Source: an uncultured Alphaproteobacteria bacterium (GTDB lineage Bacteria > Pseudomonadota > Alphaproteobacteria > RF32 > CAG-239). From it: a stretch of DNA of 64,000 bases. Shown piece by piece: positions 1 to 8,976 of this stretch. Position 1 is the stretch's first letter; the number at the start of each line of letters is the position of its first letter. The stretch is from contig CALXLC010000052.1 in assembly GCA_944389095.1 (NCBI GenBank), positions 9,240 to 73,239 of the forward strand, given 5' to 3'. Made by a program: the position numbers and the translations under genes. Below the pieces are notes generated by a model, which saw only the letters and a list, made by a program, of their open reading frames with translations, ran no database searches and had not been told where the DNA came from.

Positions 1-671
1 CCGTTATAACATCCCAGCAAGGAAATGATAAAACCGAATACGGCGGCTTTAACAAGACCGGTGGTAATATCTATCGCCTGAAGATTTTGCAGGGTCGAAT
101 TGACATAGTTGGCCGGGTTAAATCCCAGTTTGTAAACCCCGACGACATATCCGCCGAAAATGCCGATGACATCGCCAATCAAGACCAAAATCGGCATGAC
201 GATTAAACCGGCCCATATCCGCGGCGTTACCAGATATTTGAAAGGATTTGTGGATAAGGTGGTCAGGGCATCAATCTGTTCGGTTACCCGCATTGTGCCG
301 ATTTCGGCGGCCATAGCCGCGCCAATACGACCGGCAACCATTAAGGCGGAAAGAACCGGCGCCAATTCGCGGGTGACGGAAATCAAGACTACGGAAGCAA
401 CCGCCCCTTCCGCGCCGAAACGCATGAATCCGGAATAACTCTGAAGAGCAATAACCATACCGGCAAAAATCGTGGTCAATCCGACAACCGGCAACGAATA
501 AAAGCCCATATCAACAATTTGGCGCAGAAGATTGCGTCCGTAAAACGGCGGAGTCAGACAATTGTATACCGACTGTGCCACGAAAATGGAAAATTCGCCC
601 AAACGGGAAATAAATGCAACCAAGGGCTTACCCTGCCGGCGCAAAAAGTTCTCAATACTGCTTATAAACAT
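1..671 (-). CDS. mlaE: MlaE-family ABC transporter permease (3' end outside window)
   Basis: The ORF runs off the window edge, so it is absent from the ORF track. Reverse translation from ATG 671-669 gives MFISSIENFLRRQGKPLVAFISRLGEFSIFVAQ...LAPVLSALMVAGRIGAAMAAEIGTMRVTEQIDAL, the conserved MlaE/Ttg2B permease core. Confidence 0.75.
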   Translation of the reverse strand, partial: MFISSIENFLRRQGKPLVAFISRLGEFSIFVAQSVYNCLTPPFYGRNLLRQIVDMGFYSLPVVGLTTIFAGMVIALQSYSGFMRFGAEGAVASVVLISVTRELAPVLSALMVAGRIGAAMAAEIGTMRVTEQIDALTTLSTNPFKYLVTPRIWAGLIVMPILVLIGDVIGIFGGYVVGVYKLGFNPANYVNSTLQNLQAIDITTGLVKAAVFGFIISLLGCYN

Positions 672-726
672 AAGATGCTCCCAGAAGTTAAATTTGGGCT
701 TAGTTTACGACGAAGGCTCAAAAGAA

Positions 727-1167
727 TCAACAGCTAAGCTCGAAATCCTCACAGCTTAGCGCCGCAATTATCTTGTCGGCGGCGGATGCTTCGAAAGCGC
801 ATAATTTAATTTGCCGGACTTTGACGCCGCCGAAATCATAAAATTTGTTTTGCGGCAGACGTTCTATTTCCATCGGTGAAGATGCTAAAACAACGGCCAA
901 TTTAACCGTTGTCTGCGGGGTGACCGGCATTTTGAGAATACCGACCCCTCTTACTTCAAGCAGGCCACTGATATTTTTCGGCGCAGAAGCAATAATTTTA
1001 TTTTCGGAAATATTTAGGTCTGTCCGGTCATCGGCAACCAACAAACAGTTTTTGCCGCTTATCAAACGCAAAGCCAAATCTGATTTGCCGCTGCCCGGCG
1101 CGCCGAGGAGCAAAATCCCCTGCCCTTGCCAGTCGACACAGGTTGCATGAATATTTTCAGTCATCAA
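727..1167 (-). CDS. hprK: short HPr kinase/phosphorylase (C-terminal domain only, alphaproteobacterial type)
   Basis: 146 aa with Walker A GAPGSGKSD and the HprK signature LLEVRGVGIL. The start overlaps the tsaE stop by 11 nt. Confidence 0.7.
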   Translation of the reverse strand: MMTENIHATCVDWQGQGILLLGAPGSGKSDLALRLISGKNCLLVADDRTDLNISENKIIASAPKNISGLLEVRGVGILKMPVTPQTTVKLAVVLASSPMEIERLPQNKFYDFGGVKVRQIKLCAFEASAADKIIAALSCEDFELSC

Positions 1168-1630
1168 AATCCTCTCTCAGTTTGGAAAAACGAACCATTT
1201 TTGAAGCATCGGAGCAGCTCAGGGACAGACTGCGGCCGTTTGCCGAAGGGGTAATATTCAAACGAACGACATTACGGGGGAGGTAGTTTTCCATGCGTTG
1301 CGGCCATTCTATCAGGCAAACGCCGTCATACATGGCTTCTTCGACTCCGATTTCAAAAATTTCATCCGGATTTTTAACTCTGTATAAATCAAAATGATAA
1401 ATTTCGAAATCCGGCGCCTCGTAAATCTGCATTAAGGTAAAGGTCGGGCTGGGAACTTCTTTTGCCGTTGTCAGCTCCTGAATAAAAGCCCTGGCCAAAA
1501 CACTCTTTCCCATTCCAAGCGTGCCGTAAAGAGCAAAAATATCTCCCTTGCGTGCGATATGCGCCAGACTGCGGCCGAAGCGCATTGTATCTGCTTCGTC
1601 CGGAAGATTAAAAACAAAGGACTCAGACAT
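1157..1630 (-). CDS. tsaE: tRNA t6A37 biosynthesis ATPase TsaE
   Basis: Contains GTLGMGKSVLARAF...PSPTFTLMQIY...YHFDLYR...IEWP, the TsaE/YjeE motifs. I chose the internal ATG at 1630 (MSESFVF); the longer track ORF would overlap the upstream gene. Confidence 0.85.
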   Translation of the reverse strand: MSESFVFNLPDEADTMRFGRSLAHIARKGDIFALYGTLGMGKSVLARAFIQELTTAKEVPSPTFTLMQIYEAPDFEIYHFDLYRVKNPDEIFEIGVEEAMYDGVCLIEWPQRMENYLPRNVVRLNITPSANGRSLSLSCSDASKMVRFSKLREDFDD

Positions 1631-1632
1631 TT

Positions 1633-2616
1633 TTACCCCATGGGATTCAACAAGGTTCTTTTGCGTTTGGGTTTGGTGCGGATAATTTTGATATCCGGTT
1701 TGCGGTTTTGAAGTTTTCTCCAATCCCACGGCATATAAAATTCTCCCTGCCATAAACCATTACGATTTTTTTGAGCCTGCATCTGGTAGGGAACATAAAT
1801 ATCCGTCGACTGCAAATATGCAACCGCCCATCCGGCATTTACCAGCGCCGCGCCTAAATCGTAGGCCCCCAGAGAACAGGTTCCGACCATAGTACCGTTG
1901 GGATCTTCCTGCATTACCCTGCATTCAAGCGGATTTTCCTGAAGCCAGCTGCTTAACCACGCGGCGGCCTGTCTTCCGCAGCTGTAGGATTGTCCGCGGG
2001 AATCGGCGCAGGTTTGATTAATTTCCGGCGCGTCAATTCCAAAAAGATGAAAAACATGTCCGTTCAAATCTAGCGTGTCTCCGCTGATAACCCGGGCGGA
2101 AGAATAAATGACGGGAAGATTTCGCATATCCGCGGCCGAAGAACCCGAGGATTCTCCGCTGCCGAACAATTTATCAAGCATTCCGCCCGAATTTTCCTGC
2201 GGGGCGGGCACCTGACGGGAAGCAACAGCGGCGGGAGATGAAAAGCTCTCGCTTATCGGCGTATCCAGTTTTTCGGTTTCAATCAACGCTATTCTGGCAG
2301 AGGCCTGAGGCGTCGTTTCTTCCTGCTGTCCCAAAAAGCTGCGGAGATTATTGCCGATATTTCCGATGCCGCCTTTAAAACCGCCTATGGCATAAAGTAT
2401 GAACACAATTATGGCCAAAATCAGAAAAACGGAGGGCAGGCATCCCATGGCGCGCCAGGCCATTTTGGCAAAAATATAAAGAACAACAAGACCGATAATC
2501 AGCCCCAGAAATCCGCCGCCCTGAAGCAGGGTGTTTTCAGTTTGTGTTCCGGCGCCGCCGAGAAATATCAAACATAAAGCGCCGATGCCCAATAAAACTT
2601 TTTTTAAGAAAAACAT
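1633..2616 (-). CDS. membrane-anchored thermonuclease (staphylococcal nuclease-like) family protein
   Basis: Three N-terminal hydrophobic helices and a Ser/Pro-rich linker, then an SNase core: VISGDTLDLNG...LFGIDAPE...CGRQA...GLWQG. Confidence 0.7.
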   Translation of the reverse strand: MFFLKKVLLGIGALCLIFLGGAGTQTENTLLQGGGFLGLIIGLVVLYIFAKMAWRAMGCLPSVFLILAIIVFILYAIGGFKGGIGNIGNNLRSFLGQQEETTPQASARIALIETEKLDTPISESFSSPAAVASRQVPAPQENSGGMLDKLFGSGESSGSSAADMRNLPVIYSSARVISGDTLDLNGHVFHLFGIDAPEINQTCADSRGQSYSCGRQAAAWLSSWLQENPLECRVMQEDPNGTMVGTCSLGAYDLGAALVNAGWAVAYLQSTDIYVPYQMQAQKNRNGLWQGEFYMPWDWRKLQNRKPDIKIIRTKPKRKRTLLNPMG

Positions 2617-2732
2617 GCCCAGTTCCTTACCGGTTAAATCTGCCGCGTTGGTTTCGGGGTCAGACTTTATATTTAATCCAGCTTTTGTTTCTTACAATAG
2701 CGTTTTTTGGTAAACATATGGTTACCAGACAT

Positions 2733-2756
2733 AAAAAAAGCAGGTTTTCACCCGCT
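2733..2756 (-). terminator. intrinsic terminator-like hairpin downstream of the Cys-rich gene
   Basis: Minus strand reads AGCGGGT-GAAA-ACCTGCT followed by a T7 run, 5 nt after the stop at 2761. The stem has one mismatch. Confidence 0.45.
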
Positions 2757-2760
2757 TTAT

Positions 2761-2997
2761 TTATTCTGCCGCTACTTTTTTGTAGCAATGGCAATGGCAT
2801 TCGCCGTCACGTTCAATATCCGCCCGGCAGGTTTCGGATATACAATAACGGGCGGGATTTTGTCCGTCACAGGGGCAGCGCTGCCACTCCGCTTCGCCAA
2901 ACATCAGTTTTTTGGCTTTGGCAATTTTTTCTATGTTCTTGGTCGGTGTATATCCTGCCTGAGAACAGTTTTCGAGCATTTTATCCAAAATGGTCAT
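2761..2997 (-). CDS. small Cys-rich protein resembling the ferredoxin-thioredoxin reductase catalytic subunit
   Basis: 78 aa with CPC...C-x4-C...CHCHC (WQRCPCDGQNPARYCISETCRADIERDGECHCHCY). The spacing recalls the FTR catalytic-chain CPC/CHC cluster ligands. Motif-level call only. Confidence 0.4.
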   Translation of the reverse strand: MTILDKMLENCSQAGYTPTKNIEKIAKAKKLMFGEAEWQRCPCDGQNPARYCISETCRADIERDGECHCHCYKKVAAE

Positions 2998-3006
2998 TTT
3001 ATTTTC

Positions 3007-4047
3007 CTAATCTACAATTTTGATTGAGTATTTTTCGGACGAAGATGCGCCTCCATCTTTAAATACGGTGTTTTCGTTTTGGTTATTTTCGATTTTATGT
3101 TTTTTTTGCAGCGTGTCAATAATCATATCCAATTCGGCAACGGATGAATACTGCAAAACAACTTTGCCGCCGCCCTGTTTGTTTGGCGTTATTTTAATCC
3201 GCAATCCGAGTTCTTTGACAAGTTCTTCTTCTATTTGCGCCAAATCTTCGTTTTTCTTTTTCGGCATTTTGGGTTTGGCCGGCTCTTTTTGTTTGGCGAC
3301 AAGCTCTTCGACCTGACGGACGTTTAAATCTTTTTCAATAATTTTTCGTGCCAGTTCTTCGGCATTATCCAAACCAACAAGCGCTCTGGCATGACCGGCG
3401 GAAAGCTTGCCTTCTTTTATCATTTCTTTAACGCTGTCCGGCAAGGACAGCAGGCGAAGCGTGTTGGCAACGTGACTGCGCGATTTTCCGACAATTTGTG
3501 CCAATGCTTCCTGCGTGTGAGAAAACTCATCAATCAGGCGCTGAAAACCTTCGGCTTCTTCAATGGCGGAAAGATTTTCGCGCAGTAAATTTTCGACTAA
3601 GGCAACTTCAAGAACCTCTTTGTCATTAAAATCTTTAATGATTACCGGGATTTCGGTTAATCCTGCAAGTTTTGATGCTCTCCAACGACGTTCGCCGGCA
3701 ATAATTTCATACTTGTCGCCGGATTTGCGGACCAACAAAGGCTGCAGCACACCTTTTTCCTTGATTGACGAAGCCAGCGACTGCAAAGCTTCTTCATCAA
3801 ATTCCGTTCGGGGCTGATATTTTCCGGGCACGACCAAATCAATCGCAACTTTATCCGAATTTTGAACGGCTTCGGCAATCGGCGCCGGCAGATCCGAAAT
3901 ATCCAGATCGTCATCATCGCCCAACAGGGCGCCGAGTCCGCGGCCCAAACTTTTTCTCTTATGCGTGTTGGCGTGATGCGCCGGTTCTTTTTCCGTTTCG
4001 GCCGGAACATCGTTTAAAAGTTCATCCAGTTCGTTATCTATCAGCAT
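3007..4047 (-). CDS. parB: chromosome partitioning protein ParB
   Basis: Contains ParB box YEIIAGERRWRA and an HTH segment (QEALAQIVGKSRSHVANTLRLL). The start was chosen at ATG 4047 (MLIDNELD), which overlaps the parA stop as ATGCTGA. Confidence 0.9.
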   Translation of the reverse strand: MLIDNELDELLNDVPAETEKEPAHHANTHKRKSLGRGLGALLGDDDDLDISDLPAPIAEAVQNSDKVAIDLVVPGKYQPRTEFDEEALQSLASSIKEKGVLQPLLVRKSGDKYEIIAGERRWRASKLAGLTEIPVIIKDFNDKEVLEVALVENLLRENLSAIEEAEGFQRLIDEFSHTQEALAQIVGKSRSHVANTLRLLSLPDSVKEMIKEGKLSAGHARALVGLDNAEELARKIIEKDLNVRQVEELVAKQKEPAKPKMPKKKNEDLAQIEEELVKELGLRIKITPNKQGGGKVVLQYSSVAELDMIIDTLQKKHKIENNQNENTVFKDGGASSSEKYSIKIVD

Positions 4048-4820
4048 GCCATCAATTCCTTTTCTCTTTTGAGAACTTCGCCGGTCAGACTTATATAGGC
4101 CTGAGAACCGGAACATTTAAAGTCATAAAGCAAAACGGGTTTGCCATGGGACGGGGCTTCTGAAATGCGGACGTTTCGCGGAATAACCGTATCATAAACC
4201 TTTTTTCCGAAGAACTGCCGAACATCGTCTTCTACCATTTGCGACAGATTATTACGCTTGTCGTACATTGTCAGAACAACGCCCTGAAGTGCCAGTTTGG
4301 GGTTAAATTTCTTTTTAATCTGGTTAATATTGCGAATCAGGTCGGTTATTCCTTCCAAAGCAAGAAATTCGCACTGAAGCGGTACAATGACGGCATCGGC
4401 CGCAACCAGAGCATTAATGGTTACCAGATTCAGAGACGGCGGACAATCAATCAAGATATAATCATAATTTACCGCTTCTTTTGCCAAGGCTTTTTTTAGA
4501 GCATATTCGCGATTCTCCATGTCCACCAGTTCAATTTCGGCACCTGCCAAATCCGGAGATGACGGCACCAGCGAAAAATTCGGAATTTCGGTCCATACAA
4601 CAGCTTTGCTAAGGCTGCACTCTCCAAGCAGAACTTCGTAAGTGGAGGACATCCGTCCCTTTTTGTTTACGCCCATTGATGTTGACGCATTACCCTGCGG
4701 GTCCAGGTCTATTACCAAAACTTTTTTTCCCGAAGCGGCCATTGCGGTTGCCACATTAACGGCCGTAGTTGTTTTTCCAACGCCGCCTTTACGGTTTGCT
4801 ACTGCTAAAATTCTCGGCAT
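4041..4820 (-). CDS. parA: chromosome partitioning ATPase ParA/Soj
   Basis: Has the deviant Walker A KGGVGKTT and the DLDPQGN and IDCPPSL motifs. Sits in the rsmG-parA-parB order. Confidence 0.92.
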   Translation of the reverse strand: MPRILAVANRKGGVGKTTTAVNVATAMAASGKKVLVIDLDPQGNASTSMGVNKKGRMSSTYEVLLGECSLSKAVVWTEIPNFSLVPSSPDLAGAEIELVDMENREYALKKALAKEAVNYDYILIDCPPSLNLVTINALVAADAVIVPLQCEFLALEGITDLIRNINQIKKKFNPKLALQGVVLTMYDKRNNLSQMVEDDVRQFFGKKVYDTVIPRNVRISEAPSHGKPVLLYDFKCSGSQAYISLTGEVLKREKELMAC

Positions 4821-5450
4821 TTATTTAACTCCTTTAATTTTAGAAATTGCGGTTAAAATCAAAATTTTTCCTTCCTCGCTTTGTTCGCTCGGTTCTATAC
4901 GGCAGGAGAAACGCCAGCCGGCCGCTTTTGCCTGCTCAAGCTCTTCATTATATTTTTTGCCTTTGGGAAAAATGCAGACAGTCTTGCTGCTGCAAAAAGG
5001 GAGGGCATATTCCAACAGTTCTTTCAGTGAAGACAGGGCTCGTGATGTTATTACATCAACTTTTTCCGGCGGAAGAGATTCGATTCTTTGATTGATAATT
5101 TTTACGTCTGTCCGGGTTTGTTGCGCCACCTCTTTTAAATACAGCGTTTTTTTATTCGTACTTTCAACCAAAGAAACTTTTAAATACGGTGTTTTTTCTT
5201 GTGCCATGATTGCCAGCACCATTCCGGGAAATCCTGCTCCGGAGCCGAAGTCATAAAGACTTTTAGCACCTTCCGGGATAAAGCGAAACAATTGCGCAGA
5301 ATCAAGAAAATGGCGTTCCCAAGATTGTTCCAACGTATTTTTGCTTACCAGATTGAACTTCTGCTGCCACTCTAACAGCAGTGATTGATAGAGCTTCAGC
5401 TTGTCAAATGTTTCACGTGAAACACCATATTTATCCATAAAATTTTTCAT
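4821..5450 (-). CDS. rsmG: 16S rRNA (guanine527-N7)-methyltransferase RsmG (GidB)
   Basis: Contains VSRET...W..KFNLVS...HFLDS...DFGSGAGFPG, the SAM-MTase motif. The stop abuts the parA start. Confidence 0.9.
   Translation of the reverse strand: MKNFMDKYGVSRETFDKLKLYQSLLLEWQQKFNLVSKNTLEQSWERHFLDSAQLFRFIPEGAKSLYDFGSGAGFPGMVLAIMAQEKTPYLKVSLVESTNKKTLYLKEVAQQTRTDVKIINQRIESLPPEKVDVITSRALSSLKELLEYALPFCSSKTVCIFPKGKKYNEELEQAKAAGWRFSCRIEPSEQSEEGKILILTAISKIKGVK
5409..5424. promoter_or_regulatory. parS centromere site (perfect palindrome TGTTTCACGTGAAACA)
   Basis: Exact 16-mer matching the ParB-binding consensus TGTTNCACGTGAAACA. It lies inside rsmG, where it encodes VSRET. Confidence 0.85.
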
Positions 5451-5593
5451 ATAATATTTTTATAATTTTTAAAAAAATTTTAAAAGGTAAAATTAGGAGT
5501 TATAAACACCTTATCCCCGTAAAAAAACACACTTTCAAAATTTATTTTAAAATCAATAAAATAAACAGCGTTTTCAGACTCAAAATATTAATT

Positions 5594-6421
5594 TTATTTT
5601 TCTATTTTCCAACGATTCTGATAATTTAACGACGCTAAAAGAGTTTCTGCTTTTTCAAAATGGCGTGACAGATGTTCCGTACAATGCGCATCATCGCTTA
5701 TTACAACAGGGACATTTCTTTTTTGAAGTTCTTTTAACATCCAGATGTCCGGATGAGGTTTTCCTATTCGGTCGTAACCGCTGGTGTTCAGCTCAAACGG
5801 ATGCTTTTTTTCGGCAAGCGCTTCTATTACCTTCCACTTATATTCGTCCCATTCGGCTTCGGTGCAAAGATTGCAAATTGTGATGTAATCCAAATGAGCA
5901 ATAAAATTGAAATATCCGCTTTTGACGGCCTCTACAATATTAAGCCAATAATTTTGAAGATACAGTTTAAGGTCATTATCCGGCAGAGGCGTTTTTAAAT
6001 GCCTGATAAAATAGATATCCAGCAAAAACTTTTCATCACTGCTGCGTATAAAATGAGTGGAGCCAATCAAATAATCAACATCAAGCTGTTTTATTATTTC
6101 TTCAAAGGATTTGCGCCATGAGGCAGAAGGAAAAAAATCGACTTCAAATCCGGCATAAACTTTTATTTTGTGTTTTGAAGCGGTTTGCCGGATTAAATCA
6201 ATGTTACGTTTGTAAACATCTACGGCCTCATTGATATTGTTATAAAACATAACATCAATTTTTTCCAAATTCGGATGAAAGATTAAATGATTGCTAACTC
6301 CCAACTCTTCAAACCCTAAAGCTTCGGCTTTTGAAATCATTTCTTCGCAACTGTTTTTGCCGTCAAAAAGATTAAAGGCATTATTATGCGTATGATAGCT
6401 GAAATTTTGTATTTTATGCAT
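5594..6421 (-). CDS. PHP-domain phosphoesterase (HisJ-type histidinol-phosphatase family)
   Basis: N-terminal YHTHN, plus GVSNH, STHF, IAHLDY and DDAH metal-ligand motifs typical of the PHP/HisJ family. The gene and its flanks are visibly more AT-rich than the neighbours. Confidence 0.6.
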   Translation of the reverse strand: MHKIQNFSYHTHNNAFNLFDGKNSCEEMISKAEALGFEELGVSNHLIFHPNLEKIDVMFYNNINEAVDVYKRNIDLIRQTASKHKIKVYAGFEVDFFPSASWRKSFEEIIKQLDVDYLIGSTHFIRSSDEKFLLDIYFIRHLKTPLPDNDLKLYLQNYWLNIVEAVKSGYFNFIAHLDYITICNLCTEAEWDEYKWKVIEALAEKKHPFELNTSGYDRIGKPHPDIWMLKELQKRNVPVVISDDAHCTEHLSRHFEKAETLLASLNYQNRWKIEK

Positions 6422-6486
6422 TGCGACTCCTTTTGTATCGCAATCAGAAATACCTTTTTTTGGTTTAAGAATCTTTAATTTTGATT

Positions 6487-8337
6487 TTATTTTTTCAGAT
6501 ACCCCAAAACGGCCGTAATTGCCGCAGGAGTCACGCCGGGAATACGCGAAGCTTCTCCGATTGTCGCCGGGCGCACTTTGCCTAGTTTCGTAACCATCTC
6601 CCGGGACAACCCCCCGATACGGGAATAATCGACATCATCTCTGATTTTCAGATTTTCATCTTTTTTGAAAACCTCTATATCAGCCATTTGTCTTTTGATA
6701 TATCCGGCATATCTGGCCTCAATTTCCACCTGCTCGTATATTTGTTCGGGAATCGCCGAAATCTCTGGCCAAATCGAGGATAATGTTTCACGTGAAACAT
6801 CCGGATAAGACATTAAATTGAAAGCCGTTTTTTTGCCGCTTTCTTTTCTGACATTCAAATTGTATTTTTCAAAATCATGCGGAAAGATTGTCAGTCTGTC
6901 GGAAAGTTCTCTAAAAGCATCAATTTGAGATTTTTTAGCTTTAAATACAGTGTATCTTTCTTTTCCGACACATCCTGCCTGCCAGCCTTTTTCGGTCAGA
7001 CGGATATCCGCATTGTCTGCCCGAAGGAAAAGCCGATATTCGGAACGAGAAGTAAACATCCGATAAGGCTCGTCAACCCCCTTTGTAATCAAATCATCAA
7101 TCATTACCCCAATATATGCCTCAGAACGATTAATGACAAACTCTTCTTCCAAACCGCGAGATTTGAGCGCGGCGTTAACACCGGCAACAAGTCCTTGCGC
7201 AGCCGCTTCCTCATAACCGGTTGTTCCGTTAATTTGTCCGGCCAGGAAAAGTCCCGGAACCTTTTTGACCTCCAGACAATGATTTAATTCCTGCGGATCA
7301 ACATAGTCATATTCAATAGCATATGCCGGGCGTAAAATTTCCACATTTTCCAATCCCTTCATTGTATGAATAAACTGTTCCTGAACATCTGCAGGCAAAG
7401 ATGTTGAAATGCCATTCGGATAAACAACATCCGTTGTCAAACCTTCCGGTTCCAGAAAAACCTGATGGCTGGTACGGTCGGCAAATTTGACTAACTTATC
7501 TTCAATGCTCGGACAATAACGCGGGCCGATACCGGTAATCAATCCCGAAAAAAGCGCACATTTTGAAAAATTGTCACGGATTATTTTGTGCGTTTGTTCA
7601 TTTGTGTGGGTAATATGACAGACAACCTGGGAATTGCTGATTTTTTCCGTCAGGTAGGAAAACGGCTGCGGATTATCATCTCCGGCCTGAGTTTCCAAAA
7701 TATCCCAATTAATCGTCTTGCCGTTCAAACGGGCAGGCGTACCTGTTTTCAAACGACCAACCCTAAGTCCCATTTGCTTTAAATACGGTGTTATTCCTGC
7801 ACAGGAAACATCATTAACCCGTCCGCCGACAGTTGTTTGGTGCCCGGTAAACATAACGCCGTTCAAAAAAGTCCCCGTAGTCAGAACAACAGAGTTTGCC
7901 AATAATTGAACACCGTCACTTAAAGCAACACCGCAAATTTTTCCATCTTTAAAAACAAGACCTTCGGCAGCAGCTTCAAGAATATCTAAATTTGTTTGTT
8001 CACGCAGGGCCTCGAGCATGTATTTACGATATAATTCCCTGTCGGCTTGTGCCCGCGGACCTCTGACCGCAGGGCCTTTTGAGGAATTAAGCATACGAAA
8101 TTGTATACCGGCCTTATCAATGACTTTTGCCATCAATCCGTCAAGAGCATCAATTTCGCGCACAAGATGACCTTTGCCCAATCCGCCAATTGCCGGATTA
8201 CAGGACATTTCGCCAATGGTGGCTATTTTATGCGTTATCAGTAACGTTTTGGCGCCCATTCTTGCCGATGCGGCGCATGCCTCACAACCGGCATGTCCCC
8301 CGCCAATGACTATAACATCGTAACGGCCGTTTATCAT
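6487..8337 (-). CDS. mnmG: tRNA uridine-5-carboxymethylaminomethyl synthesis enzyme MnmG (GidA)
   Basis: 616 aa with an FAD fold ([15 protein letters not shown]) and the [16 protein letters not shown] and PGVTPAAI C-terminal motifs. Confidence 0.95.
   Translation of the reverse strand: MINGRYDVIVIGGGHAGCEACAASARMGAKTLLITHKIATIGEMSCNPAIGGLGKGHLVREIDALDGLMAKVIDKAGIQFRMLNSSKGPAVRGPRAQADRELYRKYMLEALREQTNLDILEAAAEGLVFKDGKICGVALSDGVQLLANSVVLTTGTFLNGVMFTGHQTTVGGRVNDVSCAGITPYLKQMGLRVGRLKTGTPARLNGKTINWDILETQAGDDNPQPFSYLTEKISNSQVVCHITHTNEQTHKIIRDNFSKCALFSGLITGIGPRYCPSIEDKLVKFADRTSHQVFLEPEGLTTDVVYPNGISTSLPADVQEQFIHTMKGLENVEILRPAYAIEYDYVDPQELNHCLEVKKVPGLFLAGQINGTTGYEEAAAQGLVAGVNAALKSRGLEEEFVINRSEAYIGVMIDDLITKGVDEPYRMFTSRSEYRLFLRADNADIRLTEKGWQAGCVGKERYTVFKAKKSQIDAFRELSDRLTIFPHDFEKYNLNVRKESGKKTAFNLMSYPDVSRETLSSIWPEISAIPEQIYEQVEIEARYAGYIKRQMADIEVFKKDENLKIRDDVDYSRIGGLSREMVTKLGKVRPATIGEASRIPGVTPAAITAVLGYLKK
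6784..6799. promoter_or_regulatory. parS centromere site (perfect palindrome TGTTTCACGTGAAACA)
   Basis: Second exact copy of the 16-mer, inside the mnmG 3' region. It again encodes VSRET. Confidence 0.85.
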
Positions 8338-8412
8338 TTTATACCTCTGTTGTCCGAAAATAATACCGGGTATACTCTAAATCGGCCTAATTTGCAATAT
8401 TTAAATAGCTTA

Positions 8413-8439
8413 AAGGCCGCCAGAAAATCTGTCGGCCTT
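8413..8439 (-). terminator. terminator-like hairpin
   Basis: AAGGCCGCCAG-AAAAT-CTGTCGGCCTT: an 11-bp stem with one mismatch, 12 nt downstream of the relic ORF stop at 8452. The T-run on the minus strand is weak. Confidence 0.35.
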
Positions 8440-8451
8440 TTAACAAGAAAG

Positions 8452-8897
8452 TCAGAAATAATGTTTTGATCTCAGCCATGAAAGATAGTTATTCATATCA
8501 ACATGTATAAAGAATTCAGGAACAATCAGATACAAATTTAAGATAAAAATCGCTCTTAATTTGATTGTTAAAAATTCATCCGTTGTTCTTTCACGATTTT
8601 TGACATAGAAATCCCAAAACACCTGTAACAATTTATGAAAATAGACCCATGAATATTCAAGTTTTGCCGAAACATTCGTCTTTGAATAATTATCGGCAAC
8701 TACCGAAAAACTTTTGGTTCGATAAACAGGTATTTTCCGTTTAACCGGGAAAGAAGTTCATTGAGGATACCTTCATAATAACTGGGAAAGGCGCGTGTTG
8801 CCATCACCAAATTAGCCGGTGTCAAGATTACGACCATTTCTTTAATTTCTTTGACATTTTGCTCGTAAAAAATACGACTGCTTTCATCTGAATACAT
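8452..8897 (-). pseudogene. possible frameshifted relic of an unknown gene in an AT-rich spacer
   Basis: The track ORF 8700..8897 (65 aa) is followed by a second open frame, 8452..8757, with no start codon (..VADNYSKTNVSAKLEYSWVYFHKLLQVFWDFYVKNRERTTDEF..SWLRSKHYF). The two frames overlap in different phases, and the 446-nt span is not a multiple of 3. Confidence 0.3.
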
Positions 8898-8976
8898 AAT
8901 TGTAATGTTTTAGTTAATAATAAAATTTGTCGGCATAATAACATAAAAACACAAGAGTCAATTTGAAGCCGCAATT

